Source of the DNA: an uncultured Bacteroidota bacterium
Lineage (GTDB): Bacteria; Bacteroidota; Bacteroidia; Bacteroidales; 4484-276
Assembly (NCBI GenBank): GCA_903944895.1
Contig: CAJATL010000021.1
Location: 2,736 to 66,735 of the forward strand
Length of the DNA stretch: 64,000 bases
Reading direction: 5' to 3'
The first letter of the stretch is position 1, and the number at the start of each line of letters is the position of its first letter. This document shows, piece after piece, positions 45,344-57,800 of this stretch. The notes under the pieces are model-generated. The model was not told the origin of the DNA. It searched no databases and worked only from the letters and a program-made list of their open reading frames with translations. A program made the translations under genes and the position numbers.

Positions 45344-46996
45344 TTGCTCAAACATTTATCAATTACCAATTTTGCACTCATCGAAAACCTTCAGGTTGAT
45401 TTTTTTGAAGGATTTTCGGTAATAACAGGCGAAACCGGTGCCGGAAAATCCATCATTCTTGGCGCCCTGTCATTAATTTTAGGGCAGCGGGCCGACCTTC
45501 AATCCTTGATGGATAAAGAAGCCAAATGCGTTGTTGAAGGCATTTTTGATGTTGTTAATCTGGGTCTTGATGACTTTTTCGTCCAAAATGAACTCGATTT
45601 TCAGGATCATTCCATACTTCGGCGTGAAATATTGCCGGGAGGAAAATCCAGAGCCTTTATCAACGATACCCCCGTTAATCTTAACCTTTTATCCGAACTG
45701 GCCGAAAAACTTCTGGATATTCATTCCCAACACAAAACCATTACCCTTGGCGATGTCGATTTTCAGATGGAAGTTGTGGATGGACTTGCCGGAAATGGGG
45801 ATATTCTTGACCATTATCGTAAAAAATTCGATAACTATAAAAAGCTTGGCTATGAACTCGAAACGTTAAAAGCTGCCGAAGAAAAAGCACGAAAAGAGCA
45901 GGACTTTATACAATTTCAGTTTGATGAATTGCAAACTGCAAGGCTGAAGCAACATGAGCAGGAAGAAATCGAACATGAGCTGGAAATTTTAACACATGCC
46001 GAAGAGATAAAAACCCGCCTCGGTAATGCTGTCGGGATCATGAGTACCGAGGATGGAATTCTTGCTTCGATGAATAACCTCATCAACGAACTAAGAAAAA
46101 TCAAATCGTTTTTTGGCGAAATAGGCGGCCTTTTCGATCGCCTTGAAATCGATACCATCGATTTAAAAGATATTGCCGCCGAACTGGCAAAACTTGAAGA
46201 AAAAGTCGAGGTAAATACCGAACGAACAGCTAAGCTCATCGAGCGCATCAACCTGATTTATCTGCTCCAAACCAAGCACAAAGTGGCTGATATTTCGGGT
46301 TTACTCAGGATAAAAGATAACTATGAGCGCGAACTGCACGATTATTCTTCTTTGGAAAATAAGATTGCAGCAACTGATGAAGCGCTTCAAAAGTTGTCGG
46401 CAGAGCTTCATTCCGATGCCATCATAATTTCAGATAACCGTAAGAATATTGTCGGCATGCTCGAAAAGCAAATCCTTGAAATTATCGAAGGTCTTGGAAT
46501 GCCGAGGGCACAGTTTAGAGTCGAAATCGAAAAATCAGATGCGCTCACGCAGAATGGATTCGATAAAGTCAGGTTTCTTTTCAACGCTAACCAGGGCGGC
46601 GAGTTACGTGAAATCTCCAAAGTTGCTTCCGGCGGCGAATTATCCAGGTTAATGCTTGCCGTGAAATCGCTTGTGGCGACAAAGAAATACCTCTCTTCCA
46701 TTATTTTTGATGAGATCGACAGCGGCGTTTCTGGTGAAATTGCCGGAAAAATGGGCTCGATCATGCAGGACATGGCCAAAAAAATGCAAATTATTGCGAT
46801 CACGCATTTGCCACAGATTGCTGCCCGCGGAAATCATCATTACCTCGTCTATAAAGAGATGAATGAAACAAATACAAAAACCTTTCTGAAAATGCTTCCT
46901 GAAGCTGGCAGGATCAACGAAATAGCCAAAATGCTGAGCGATTCTAAAATCAGTAATTCAGCTTTGGAAACTGCACGGGAACTGTTAAATAATTGA
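45344..46996 (+). CDS. recN: DNA repair protein RecN
   Basis: TTG start. (M)LKHLSITNFALIENL, Walker A GETGAGKS, a coiled-coil middle, a signature ASGGELSRLMLA and Walker B IIFDEIDSG. Confidence 0.95.
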   Translation: MLKHLSITNFALIENLQVDFFEGFSVITGETGAGKSIILGALSLILGQRADLQSLMDKEAKCVVEGIFDVVNLGLDDFFVQNELDFQDHSILRREILPGGKSRAFINDTPVNLNLLSELAEKLLDIHSQHKTITLGDVDFQMEVVDGLAGNGDILDHYRKKFDNYKKLGYELETLKAAEEKARKEQDFIQFQFDELQTARLKQHEQEEIEHELEILTHAEEIKTRLGNAVGIMSTEDGILASMNNLINELRKIKSFFGEIGGLFDRLEIDTIDLKDIAAELAKLEEKVEVNTERTAKLIERINLIYLLQTKHKVADISGLLRIKDNYERELHDYSSLENKIAATDEALQKLSAELHSDAIIISDNRKNIVGMLEKQILEIIEGLGMPRAQFRVEIEKSDALTQNGFDKVRFLFNANQGGELREISKVASGGELSRLMLAVKSLVATKKYLSSIIFDEIDSGVSGEIAGKMGSIMQDMAKKMQIIAITHLPQIAARGNHHYLVYKEMNETNTKTFLKMLPEAGRINEIAKMLSDSKISNSALETARELLNN

Positions 46997-47001
46997 GAAT
47001 A

Positions 47002-47150
47002 GTCGTAAGTCGGAAGTCGGAAGTCGGAAGTCGCCAGGCGTAAGGCGTAAGGCGTAAGGGGGGAGTCAACAGTTGGCAGTCACCAGTCGGCAGTCGTAAG
47101 GTGTAGGGGGGGCAGTTGCCAGTCAGCAGTTGTTGGAGAGTTATGAGTTG
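47002..47150 (+). repeat. Heptad array starting 5 nt after the recN stop
   Basis: GTCGTAA GTCGGAA GTCGGAA GTCGGAA GTCGCCA GGCGTAA GGCGTAA GGCGTAA GGGGGGA GTCAACA GTTGGCA GTCACCA GTCGGCA GTCGTAA GGTGTAG ... GTTGCCA GTCAGCA GTTGTTGGAGAGTT. Confidence 0.92.
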
Positions 47151-47202
47151 GCAGGATTACGATAAACAAAACCTCAGTTAACATATTTAACTAATTAGAT
47201 GT

Positions 47203-47231
47203 GAAAAACGGCATTTCGTTTTCAGGATTTT
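47203..47231 (+). terminator. Weak hairpin terminator candidate after the recN heptad array
   Basis: AAAACG-gcattt-CGTTTT, then CAGGATTTT. Confidence 0.35.
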
Positions 47232-47281
47232 GTTTACTTTGCAGAATATTACAAAAGATAAATAACTAAATAATTGATAAT

Positions 47282-48151
47282 ATGGCATTTAATTTATTAC
47301 AAGGTAAAAAAGGCATCATTTTCGGTGCACTCAACGATTTGTCGATTGCCTGGAAAGTGGCCGAAAGAGCGCATGAAGAAGGTGCGCAATTTGTTTTGAC
47401 AAATACACCTGTGGCCACAAGGTTTGGTGAGATTCATGAACTAGCAAAAGCAACTGGTTCCATCGTTATTTTGGCTGATGCCACCAGCGAAAAAGACCTT
47501 GAACAATTGATTCTTAAAACCATGGAACATTTTGGTGGAAAAATCGATTTCATTCTTCATTCCATCGGTATGTCGATGAACGTTAGAAAGGGAAGGCCAT
47601 ACAATGACCTGAGTTATGAATATTTTTTGAAAACACTGGATGTTTCGGCAGTTTCATTTCATAAGGTGCTTCAGGCGGCCTATAAACATGATGCTATCAA
47701 TGAGTGGGGCTCCGTGCTGGCTTTGTCGTATGTGGCCGCACAGCGTACGCTTTACCGCTACAACGATATGGCTGATGCCAAGGCATTGCTCGAATCGGTT
47801 GCCCGCAGTTTTGGCTACATTTATGGTCGCGAACGTAAAGTCAGGGTTAATACTGTTTCCCAATCACCAACCCGGACAACTGCCGGTAGTGGTGTTAAGG
47901 GCATGGATGGGCTGATGGACTTTACCGAGCGTATGTCGCCACTTGGCAATGCTTCCGCTGATGAATGTGCCGATTACTGCATCACGCTTTTTTCTGATCT
48001 GAGCAAAAAAGTTACCATGCAAAACCTTTTCCACGACGGCGGATTTTCGAGCATGGGTATGAGCAACCGTGCCATGTTGATGTACAACCGCAGCCTCGAA
48101 TGTAAAGATTGTCCGGAAGCCAGCGATGAAGATACTGGATTGACCGACTAA
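47282..48151 (+). CDS. fabI: Enoyl-[acyl-carrier-protein] reductase (NADH), FabI
   Basis: 289 aa. LLQGKKGIIFGALNDLSIAW, LHSIGMS and the Tyr/Lys active-site region YNDMADAKALLES. Confidence 0.9.
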   Translation: MAFNLLQGKKGIIFGALNDLSIAWKVAERAHEEGAQFVLTNTPVATRFGEIHELAKATGSIVILADATSEKDLEQLILKTMEHFGGKIDFILHSIGMSMNVRKGRPYNDLSYEYFLKTLDVSAVSFHKVLQAAYKHDAINEWGSVLALSYVAAQRTLYRYNDMADAKALLESVARSFGYIYGRERKVRVNTVSQSPTRTTAGSGVKGMDGLMDFTERMSPLGNASADECADYCITLFSDLSKKVTMQNLFHDGGFSSMGMSNRAMLMYNRSLECKDCPEASDEDTGLTD

Positions 48152-48175
48152 AATTCATCAGTTTTAATACATTTC

Positions 48176-48208
48176 AAAGGGTAATCGGTGATTCGGTTAC
48201 CTTTTTTT
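48176..48208 (+). terminator. Rho-independent terminator after fabI
   Basis: AAAGGGTAA-tcggtgattcgg-TTACCTTT followed by TTTT. Confidence 0.55.
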
Positions 48209-48266
48209 ATGGATTTCGACCCCCAAATTATTTGGAATCAGAATAAATTTCTGCAAACGCAGAAAC

Positions 48267-48330
48267 ACGTTCCTTCGATATAAGCATACGTTCCTTCGAT
48301 ATAAGCATACGTTCCTTCAAGATATCGTAC
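48267..48330. repeat. 21-bp tandem repeat x2 plus a diverged third copy upstream of the giant-gene locus
   Basis: ACGTTCCTTCGATATAAGCAT occurs at 48267-48287 and identically at 48288-48308, followed by ACGTTCCTTCaagatatcgtac. Confidence 0.9.
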
Positions 48331-48471
48331 ATTTTTGGTTTTTTGAATCTCTCATTTAAATGTGTGCAATTCTCATTGTAATTGGAAATTGTAAAATGAT
48401 AATTTACTTTTAGCCTTTTTATTTTGAGAAATCAAATCTTACACCACAATAAAAATGTTTGGAGAAAGAAT

Positions 48472-48777
48472 ATGAAGAATTTTGTACCCATTTCAATTTT
48501 GGTTTTTATCATATTAGTGGCCGCCGCAAAATCATTCGGACAGGTAACGTTAATTACAGATCCTGCAAATGGCCATTATTGCGCAGGAACAGTACCTCTC
48601 GGAGTTAAAATTAAGATTGAATATTTTGACTGCGTACAAACAGATGGATTAAGTTGGAAAGAGATTAAAAAAAATTGGGCAGTAATATTTTGGAATGAAC
48701 CTGATTCGATTGCAGGCTTCTTCAAACCAAATGCATCTATTATCCATATTGTAAAGATTCAAATAATTAATTGTTGA
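48472..48777 (+). CDS. Small secreted protein resembling one N-terminal module of the downstream giant protein
   Basis: Start trimmed to MKNFVPISILVFIILVAAAKSFGQ (signal). LITDPANGHYCAGTVPLGV parallels LISNPSNFRYCVGNPGLQLGV at the start of the giant protein. 101 aa. Whether it is expressed or a remnant is unknown. Confidence 0.45.
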   Translation: MKNFVPISILVFIILVAAAKSFGQVTLITDPANGHYCAGTVPLGVKIKIEYFDCVQTDGLSWKEIKKNWAVIFWNEPDSIAGFFKPNASIIHIVKIQIINC

Positions 48778-48832
48778 TTTTACAAACAAAGGGTGTAGAT
48801 GCAAATCAAGTAGTTATCAAGACACATTTATC

Positions 48833-51800
48833 ATGACTAAATTTTTGTTTATGAAATATTTAACTTTTATAAGTGCATTAACGATTTTGTTTTTTTTTCA
48901 AGATTTAAATATTCAAGCGCAAAATCCAGGTTTAATTAGTAACCCATCCAATTTCAGATATTGCGTCGGCAATCCAGGGCTTCAATTGGGTGTGACGAAT
49001 ACTTTGGAGGGAACCGAGTATAATCTCCAAAAGCTGATTAATGCGGTATGGCAAACAGTAGCCCCAGTTCAAGGTAACGGAGAAACAGTTTGGTTTAATG
49101 GAATACACACAATAGGTAGTTACAGGTTTATGGTTGAGGCTCCCCCCTTTACCTCCAATCCGACTTCTGTTCAAACTGCTGCTTATCCTGAATTGAAATT
49201 TAATGTAACTGGGGGAGGTGGTTATTGCTCTGGTTTACCTGAAGAATATGAAATTGGCTTAGATGGAAGCCAATCCGGCATTACCTATCGTTTACTCAGA
49301 AATGGAAGTACTGTCGCAACAAAAGTTGGCGATGGTAACCTTATCAGCTTTGGAAGCTTCGATGTCCCTGGCGAATACAAAGCTACAGGTAGTCGCTTTT
49401 CATGTTCAATAGATATGAATGGAAGTGTTTTCATTCAGCAGTTTACAAATCCAGTTGTTGCTTTTACACCAGAGTATTTATTCGGGAATATAGACAATTG
49501 CTCAACAGTAGAGTTTCATAATCAAACCTCGGGAGGAACCTTACCTTACACCTTTAGCTGGAATTTCGGAGATGGGAGTCCTTTTTCTACTGAAGAAAGT
49601 CCCATACATGTTTTTCCGGCTTTTGGAGTTGGTCAGCAAACATTCTCAGTCACTCTCGATGTTACAGACGACAACGGATGCTTGGGATTTTTGACACAGG
49701 ATGTAACTGTGACAAAAAGACCGGATGCAAAAATTTCAGGAAGTGGTCTGTACGGTCCATTTAATAACTGCGACCCTGATCAATCAGCCGTATTCAATCT
49801 GACCATTACAAACACTTCGACTACCATTGCAACTAATGAAAATTATTGGGTGGATTGGGAAGGAACAGGAAACTTCATTGCTTTAGGGCCTGCATTTATG
49901 TCTGCTCAACACACCTATTTATCTAAAGGATCATTTCCTTTGACGATGAGAGTTTTAGGGACAAATGGTTGCGTTGATACAAGAGTTTACAATGTTTATA
50001 ATGGTTCAAACCCTTTAATGAGCATGAATACATCCCAGTTGGAGGGATGTACACCATACCCTGTTCAATTTAAAATGAGCGATAATGTTTATGGAAACAC
50101 TCCAGGAACATTGTACGATTTTACTTTCGGGGATGGGACATGGTTGCAGCTTACGCAGGAAACTTTACCACCACCTGACCCTAATGGATTTTGCGTTGTA
50201 GAACATATTTACGAAACATCGTCTTGTGGGAATCCTAATAACGCATTCGTAATGAATGTTGATGTTGGTAATCCATGTAGCAGTGTGCCCTATACAGTTG
50301 GCGGAATTAAGATTTCAAGAGCTGCGGTAGCCGATTTTGAGCTAATTGATTTTCCACGACCCGGGAATATATATCTCTGTGTTGGGGCGCCTAATACTTT
50401 TGATAATTTCACAAATGTTGGTTGCTTAATCACGGGTAATGTTATTCAAGAAATTACCAATTATTTTTGGGATTTTGGAGATGGAACCACCTCACAACTG
50501 CTGAACCCCACTCACACATATCAAAACCCAGGAGTTTATCAGGTTACTCTGACTGCGCACACAGCTCAGGGGATTAATGGTAATTGCGGAGCAAATGTAT
50601 CTGTTAGGAATGTATGCGTGCAAAATGCTCCAGTAGCTACCTTCACCTTAAACGAAGCTTCCGGTTGCGTTCCTTTCGATTTTACACCAAACAATACATC
50701 AACAGCAATTGGTTGCGCTAATATTCATTATCAATGGATTGTTAGTGGAGGTAATGGTTTTGAATACCTGGATTTAACCGGTCCTAATAGCGCGGAGCCG
50801 CATTTCAATTTTTACGAAACCGGCACTTACACTCTTGAATTAAGAGCCGAGACTTCCAGTAATAATTTATCCTGTGGGGTTAGTTTTTCCGAACCAATTA
50901 CTATTGTAGTTAAAGATGTGCCAGAAGTAGATTTTGTTGTTGGCGAATATAATATGATTTGCGGAACGGGCGTCTTTACGTTAAATGCCAGTCAAATTAA
51001 TTATTTTGACAACCTAAGCCCTATCACACAGTATTTATGGACTTCAAATCCTGTTGGTCCCGTTTTCAATAACAATACTCTTGCCTATCCTACAATAACA
51101 TTTAATGCCCAGGGTACCTTCAACATTACTGTTGTTGCAACAAATGAATGTGGTGTTTCGCTACCAGAGACTTTGCTTTTTACAATAAGTCCGGATGTTG
51201 CTAATAACAACATTGAATATGGCGATGATCTTCAATTGTGTGCAGGAATGACACTAAGTTTACCTTTAACTGGAACTTCTCCAACGACAAATCCTTCGCT
51301 TACTGGCGGAGACAATAATTATGAATACACCTGGCAAATTAATACTATCGGCAATTGGGAATTAATTGGAGGCAACACACCCGATCTGAACTATCTGCAG
51401 TCATTTAGTGCTAACCCGACGAAATTTCGGAGGAAAGTAAAATCGGGAGGCTGCGAGTCTTTTTCAGAAGAAATCGTATTCATTGTGCATCCAGCCATCA
51501 CTAATAATAATATTTTGACACCAACGCAACACATTTGTTCCGGAGAAATACCGGTTTTACTCGATGGAAATCAGCCATCTGGCGGCGATGGTACGTTTGT
51601 TTATCTTTGGCAACAGAGCACCGATTGTGACAATCCCAATTCATGGGGTCCTGCTATTGGTGGTGCAAACGATTTAGAAGATTTTGCTCCTGGAGTTCTA
51701 AATCTTAAAACATGTTACCGAAGGAAAGTTTTTTCAGTTTCTGATTTTTGCGAGGATATCAGCAATTATGTTACTGTAAACGTTTATGGAATAATTGAGA

Positions 51801-54800
51801 ATAATACAATTTCACATCCTGACCCTGAAATTTGTGAAGGTGACTCCCCTGGTGCTTTTATCGGTTCTATTCCAACCCAAACGGGACATTCACTGGCATT
51901 GCAATATTTGTGGCAAAAAGCTGTAGCACCGCTATGGAATTGGGTTGATGCAGGTGGGACAGGTCAAAACTTCATTCCTCCACCACTCAATGAAACAACA
52001 AGGTATCGGAGAATTGTAAATGCTCCATTGCCTGTACCTGCAAATTGTAATCAGGAAATCAGTAACACCATCGAAATTATTGTTAATGAAAACCCAATAG
52101 TCGATGCAGGGTTTAATCAACAGATTTTCAATGGAGGTCATGTAACATTGAATGGTACGGCTTTTGGTGGTTCTGGTGATTTTACTTATTTATGGACTCC
52201 TGCGGATAAAATCGCCTCCGGGCAAGGAACTCCAAGAGTTGAAACTGTCAATCTTTTCGCCCCACCCAATTTGATCACTTTCTGCTTAAAAGTGACAGAT
52301 AATTTGACTAGCTGTTGGAAAGAAGATTGCACCAATGTTACAGTTTTTGGTGAATTACTTGAATGCACTGCCACGGCAAATCAGACAGCAATTTGTCTTG
52401 GTGATCAAATTATCCTCAACGCCAGTGCAACTGGTGGCTCAGGTATTTATGTTTTTACATGGTCACTCCCGGGAGGAGGCACAGTTTCAGGCGCATCTAT
52501 TACACACATTCCGCCAAACTTAGGTGTTAATATTTACAATGTGCAGGTTGATGATGGAGCCAACACTTCAACTTGTAATGTAACGGTGCAGGTTAATGCA
52601 ATGCCTGTTATTAATAGTTCTACATTAAAAATGATTTGTTCAGGGCAATCCGTTGATTACATGCCAACAGCCGATATACCTGGTACGGAGTTTACCTGGA
52701 GTTCTGGAAATAATCCCTTTATTACGGGTAATAATGCCGGAGACGGAATAATTGATAATGTTTTGTTTAACTCGTCCAATACAGTTCAAACAATCATTTA
52801 TTACATTACACCAAAAGGACCCCAACCAACATTATGTCAAGGTTCAACTTTTGAATTAGCGGTTTCAGTTAATCCCATTTCGAATATTACTAACCTAATC
52901 GGTCAGCAAACAGTTGTTTCAGGGCAGTTTAGTGTTGATGTAACTTTTGAATCTGACGTTGCTGGCTCATCATTCTTGTGGAATTCCAGCGATGATTGTC
53001 CCGGATTATTAAGCTACACCACACCCAACAGTGGAAATCTTTTACCTTCTCAGCAAATTGAAATTATTGATCCAAATGGGCCGGAAACCTGCATTATTAC
53101 GTTTTACATTACACCTACAATTAGTGATTGCCCGGGTGTAAGTTTTGAATACAAAATTTATGTTCAGCAACAACCCATTTTATTTAATGTTACAGGTGGG
53201 GGACAGGTTTGTGATGGCGGAACATCCTCTGTTTATTTGTCAGGATCTCAACTTGGGGTAAATTATCAATTACTTAGAAATGGAACAATTCCTGTACAGC
53301 AAGAACAAATTGGTACCGGCAACCCCTTAGAATGGAATGGTGTTTCCGGATCAGGAATTTACTCAATAATCGGAATCAATCAGTCTAATATGGTACAGGC
53401 AATTATGCTTGGGCAGGTAGCAGTTATAGTAAATCCCTTGCCAGAAGTATTTTCACTGGTTCCCCAGGATGACCGATGTGCACCGGTTGTACCCCTATTA
53501 AGCGGTTCAGAAGCAGGTGTTAGATATTACTTACAAAGGGATGGTCAGAATGTTGGGCAACTTGATGGAAACGGGTTGCCTGGTTTTCTAATCTTTGAAG
53601 AGCAGTTAATTGGCGGGACCTATACAATCGAAGCACAAGTTTTAAGCACTCTTTGCGAGAAAATGATGCAAGGATATCTGAATGTTCATGCGCTGCCAGA
53701 AGATTATCCTATTAAACCCGGTGGTATCCTTTGTGTTGGAGTAACGTTGTTTATTGAACACTCACAACCAGGAATCGAGTATCAGCTTTGGCTGAATGAT
53801 GATCCTATCGGGGCATTACATGTTGGCGATGGTGATCCGATTTATTTTGAGCAAACAACTTTACCAGGAAATTATCGTGTTCTTGCCAATGATCCTGTTT
53901 GGCTTTGCGACTCGTTTCTTTCGGATATTGTTGTAGTTAATCCAACACCTTTACAGTTTGAAGTTACTCCAGAAGTTTGTTGCCCCGGACTCTGTGATAT
54001 TATTTTAAATGGTTGGCAACCCGGGGTGAGATATTATCTTTATTTTGAAGACAACGCAAAGCAACCAAAAAGTATTTACTTAGCAGGACCATTTGTTGGA
54101 ATCCCTGGAGAAGTTAATATAAATTTTGGTGCCTGGTGGGATGAGGGAACCTATTCTGTTGTTGCTAAAAATGATAGCGAATGCGAAATCTGGATGCTAA
54201 ATTCAACCATCATCAAAGCAGCACCGGATATTTTTAACCTCACACCTAACGGCACCGGATGCGGTTCCCAGGAGATTATCCTGGATGGTTCTGAATCAGG
54301 GGTTGAATACTTTCTTTACAAAGACCTTCAGGCAGAACCTTCGGTTATAGGAACAGGATTTCCGCTTTCATTCGGAGAAAGAGATGTTACCGGGGTTTAC
54401 ACCGTGAAGGCCAGATTTAATCATCCCGAAGCAGAATGCTGGAGCCAGATGACCGGAAGCTATGAAATTATTTCATATCCAACTGCCTTTATTGTCGCTC
54501 CCTTACCAGGAACTTATTGCCCCTGCGTTAATCCGACACTTAGCAGTTCACAGCTCAACATCAATTATTACATCCGAAATACAACGCTTGGTACCGAAAG
54601 CGCAGCATACCCGGGAACAGGAAACCCAATGTTTTTTGATCCGGTTTGCGATCCGGGATCCTATATTGTTTATGCCCGGCATCCTGATTTTCCTTCTTGC
54701 GAAAAACAAATGACTGGTGGTTTTGCTATCGGTTTGCCCCCACAGAAATACAACCTTTCAGGGCCGCTGCCTTCAGCTTATTGTGAAGGCGAAAATGGCG

Positions 54801-57800
54801 TTACACTAACTTTGGATAATTCTCAGGATGATGTTAAATACCAGCTTTACAAACTCCCAAATATTGCCGAAGGGAATCCAAAAGACGGAATTACCGGTTC
54901 TTCGCTTACCTGGGAGAATATCACCGCTGGTGAATACTTTGTTGAGGCCGTTTTTGCCAATGATCCAAATTGCCCGACAACGATGAATAACATTGTTGCA
55001 GTTGAAGAAATCTCGCTGCCAACGGTTTATGCAGGTGATGACGGCACAATTTGTTTGAGCGAAACTTATCTCATTCCAAATGTTGTGATGACCAATCAGT
55101 CTTCATTTTTGTGGACTGTTGAAACAGGAAATGGAAGCTTATCGAATGCAACCACTCCTAATCCAACTTATTCTCCGGATCAGGCTGATGCAGGAATGAT
55201 CATCATTCTGAAACTTGAGGTAGATGGAATTTCAGTATGTGCAGCTTCATCAGCTTCAGATTTTATTTCAATTCTTATCGAACCACTTCCAGAAATTATT
55301 AGTGCTGGTGACAATGGTTTAATTTGTTTCGATCAAACTTACACAGTTTCCAATGTAACCATGAACCATGTTTCAGATTGGGTTTGGACAATTTCTTCCG
55401 GCAATGGGGCTCTTGATGATCCAGCAATGCTCAATCCAACCTATACAACAGGAGCAGGAGATGCCGGAACAACCATAATCCTTACCCTGGAAACATACGG
55501 AACACTTTCATGCAGCAGTGAAATAGCAACGGGTGATGTGTTTATTCAGATAATTGCAGTGCCAGTGGTAACTTCTATAACAGCGCAAACGATTTGCTCG
55601 GGTGAGGCTGTAAATTATGTGCCACTTTCAGATGTTCCGGGTACAACATTTAATTGGGTATCAACAAACGTAACCGGTGGATGTGTAACAGGAAATTCTC
55701 CAACAGGTTCAGATATTATCAGCAATATCCTGATCAACAATTGTAATACTGTTCAAACGATAAAATATACAATAACTCCTTTTGGTCCGCCTGCAACAAA
55801 CTGTGAAGGGGCTCCGGTCGATTTGACCGTAACCATAAATCCTGTGGCAAATATTACAAACATCGTCAGTAATCAATCTATGAACTCAGGTGAAGCATCA
55901 CTGGAGGTTGTTTTTCAATCGGATGTCACTGGTAGTGTGGTCAATTATACCTGGTCCGGCGTGGCTTCAAATCCCGAATTGCAAGGTTGGATTTTGGATG
56001 GAACAGGCGATTTGCCGCCGATGACAATCATGATTGATGAAACTTCACCAAATCCACCTGATGAGGCATTTGTTACTTACACAGTTATTCCGGAAGTTGG
56101 CGGTTGCGCCGGAAACCCGTTCACTTACACCATTCAGGTTTACCTATTGCCGACGATTTTTGATATTACTGTTGAGGGTAGTGGTGAGTTTTGCAACGAT
56201 GGCCAATCATGCATTGACATTTCGCTAAGTAATTCGCAACCTGGCAAAATTTATAAATTGTTCAAAAATGATGTTTATCAAAATGGGATTGACAAAACCG
56301 GGAATGGAACACCGATACAGTGGTGCGTCGATCAAGCCGGAATCTACACGGTGAAAGCACAAAACCCAAACACAGGTGTCGAAATTCTGATGAATGGAAA
56401 CGCTGAGGTTTTCGCTCGCTCTATTCCCAATAAATATTCATTATCCATACAACAACCCGGCGATTATTGCACGCCCATTACTCCAAGGCTTAACTCATCA
56501 CAGAATGGTGCATTTTACGATTTGTATCGCGATGGAGAGCTTGATCCTGTACAAACAGATGTTCCGGGCACTGGTAATGCTTTGCTTTTTGAATCACAGG
56601 AAATTTCAGGAACCTATTCGGTGAAAGCAAAAATCCAATACAATTCAATAGTTTGCGAAAGACAAATGGATGGTTTGATTATTGCCGAACCACTGCCTGT
56701 CGAATATGAGGTTACTCCTTCGGATCCATTCTGTGAAGGCGAAAATCAGATTTGCCTTGGAAATTCGGAGATTGACGTGATGTATCAACTACGCAAAAAT
56801 GGTAATCCTTTCGGAGAGGTATTAACTGGAACCGGTTCAGCAATCTGTTTTCCGACAATTACTCAAAATGGTAATTACAGGGTTTTTGCTAAAAGAACTT
56901 CAGGATCACTTTGCGAAGTTCTTTTCGACCAGCAAACCATAGTCCGCCCACTTCCTTCAAAATTTATACTGTCTCCAATTAACTCATGTCCTGGAACGGA
57001 GATTGTCCTTAATGGATGTCAGCCGGATGTTGATTATTACTTGTTTCTCGAATCCTCCAAAGGTGGAAACAGGGAATGGGGACAAATATCCGGACCATTG
57101 AATTGTACTTTGGGAGAGGTTAACTTTGGGGTCTGCAACACTCCCGGAATTTATCATGTTAAAGCTGTCGATCAACTTACAAATTGCTTTTCGTGGATGC
57201 AAAATTCCATTACCATTTTTTCTGAACCAACAGCATATCCGGTTCAGCCACAAGGTACAGCCGGGTGTGATCCTATCGAAATCTACCTTAATAGCTTTGA
57301 AACAGATGTTACCTATTATTTGTGGCGTGAATTTCTGGGAACTACTTATCCTGCAGGAATTGACGATGGAATTGATGGTGAGGTAAATTTTGGTTTGAAA
57401 TCCGATCCAGGAACTTACACCATTGAAGCTGTTATTGAACATACATCCGGCATAACCTGCGGAAACTGGATGGAAGGAAGTGTTTTAATAGCCACTCCTC
57501 CAGCAATGTTTGCGCTAAAATATGAAGAATCGTTATGCCTGCCTGTAAAGTTTTATCTGGATGGTTCAGAATCAGGTGTAACCTACACACTGAAGAAAAC
57601 AGCAAGTACATACTCCCAACCAATCATAGGCGATGGGGCTCCTTTATATTTTAACGAGGTGAGTCTTCCGGGTAATTATTATGTGACGGCCGATAATGGT
57701 TGTATCAAGGAAATGATTAATAACTGGACAGTTTTAGATGCCCCGGTTCCATTTTTGTTAACACCCGGAGGCGGTGGATTCCTCTGTGTTGATGACGATA

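Noticed and set aside
48209-48283. 24-aa ORF (MDFDPQIIWNQNKFLQTQKHVPSI) reading into the 21-bp repeats
   Set aside because: It is too short, has no recognisable start context or conservation evidence, and ends within the first repeat copy. I treat it as non-coding control region.
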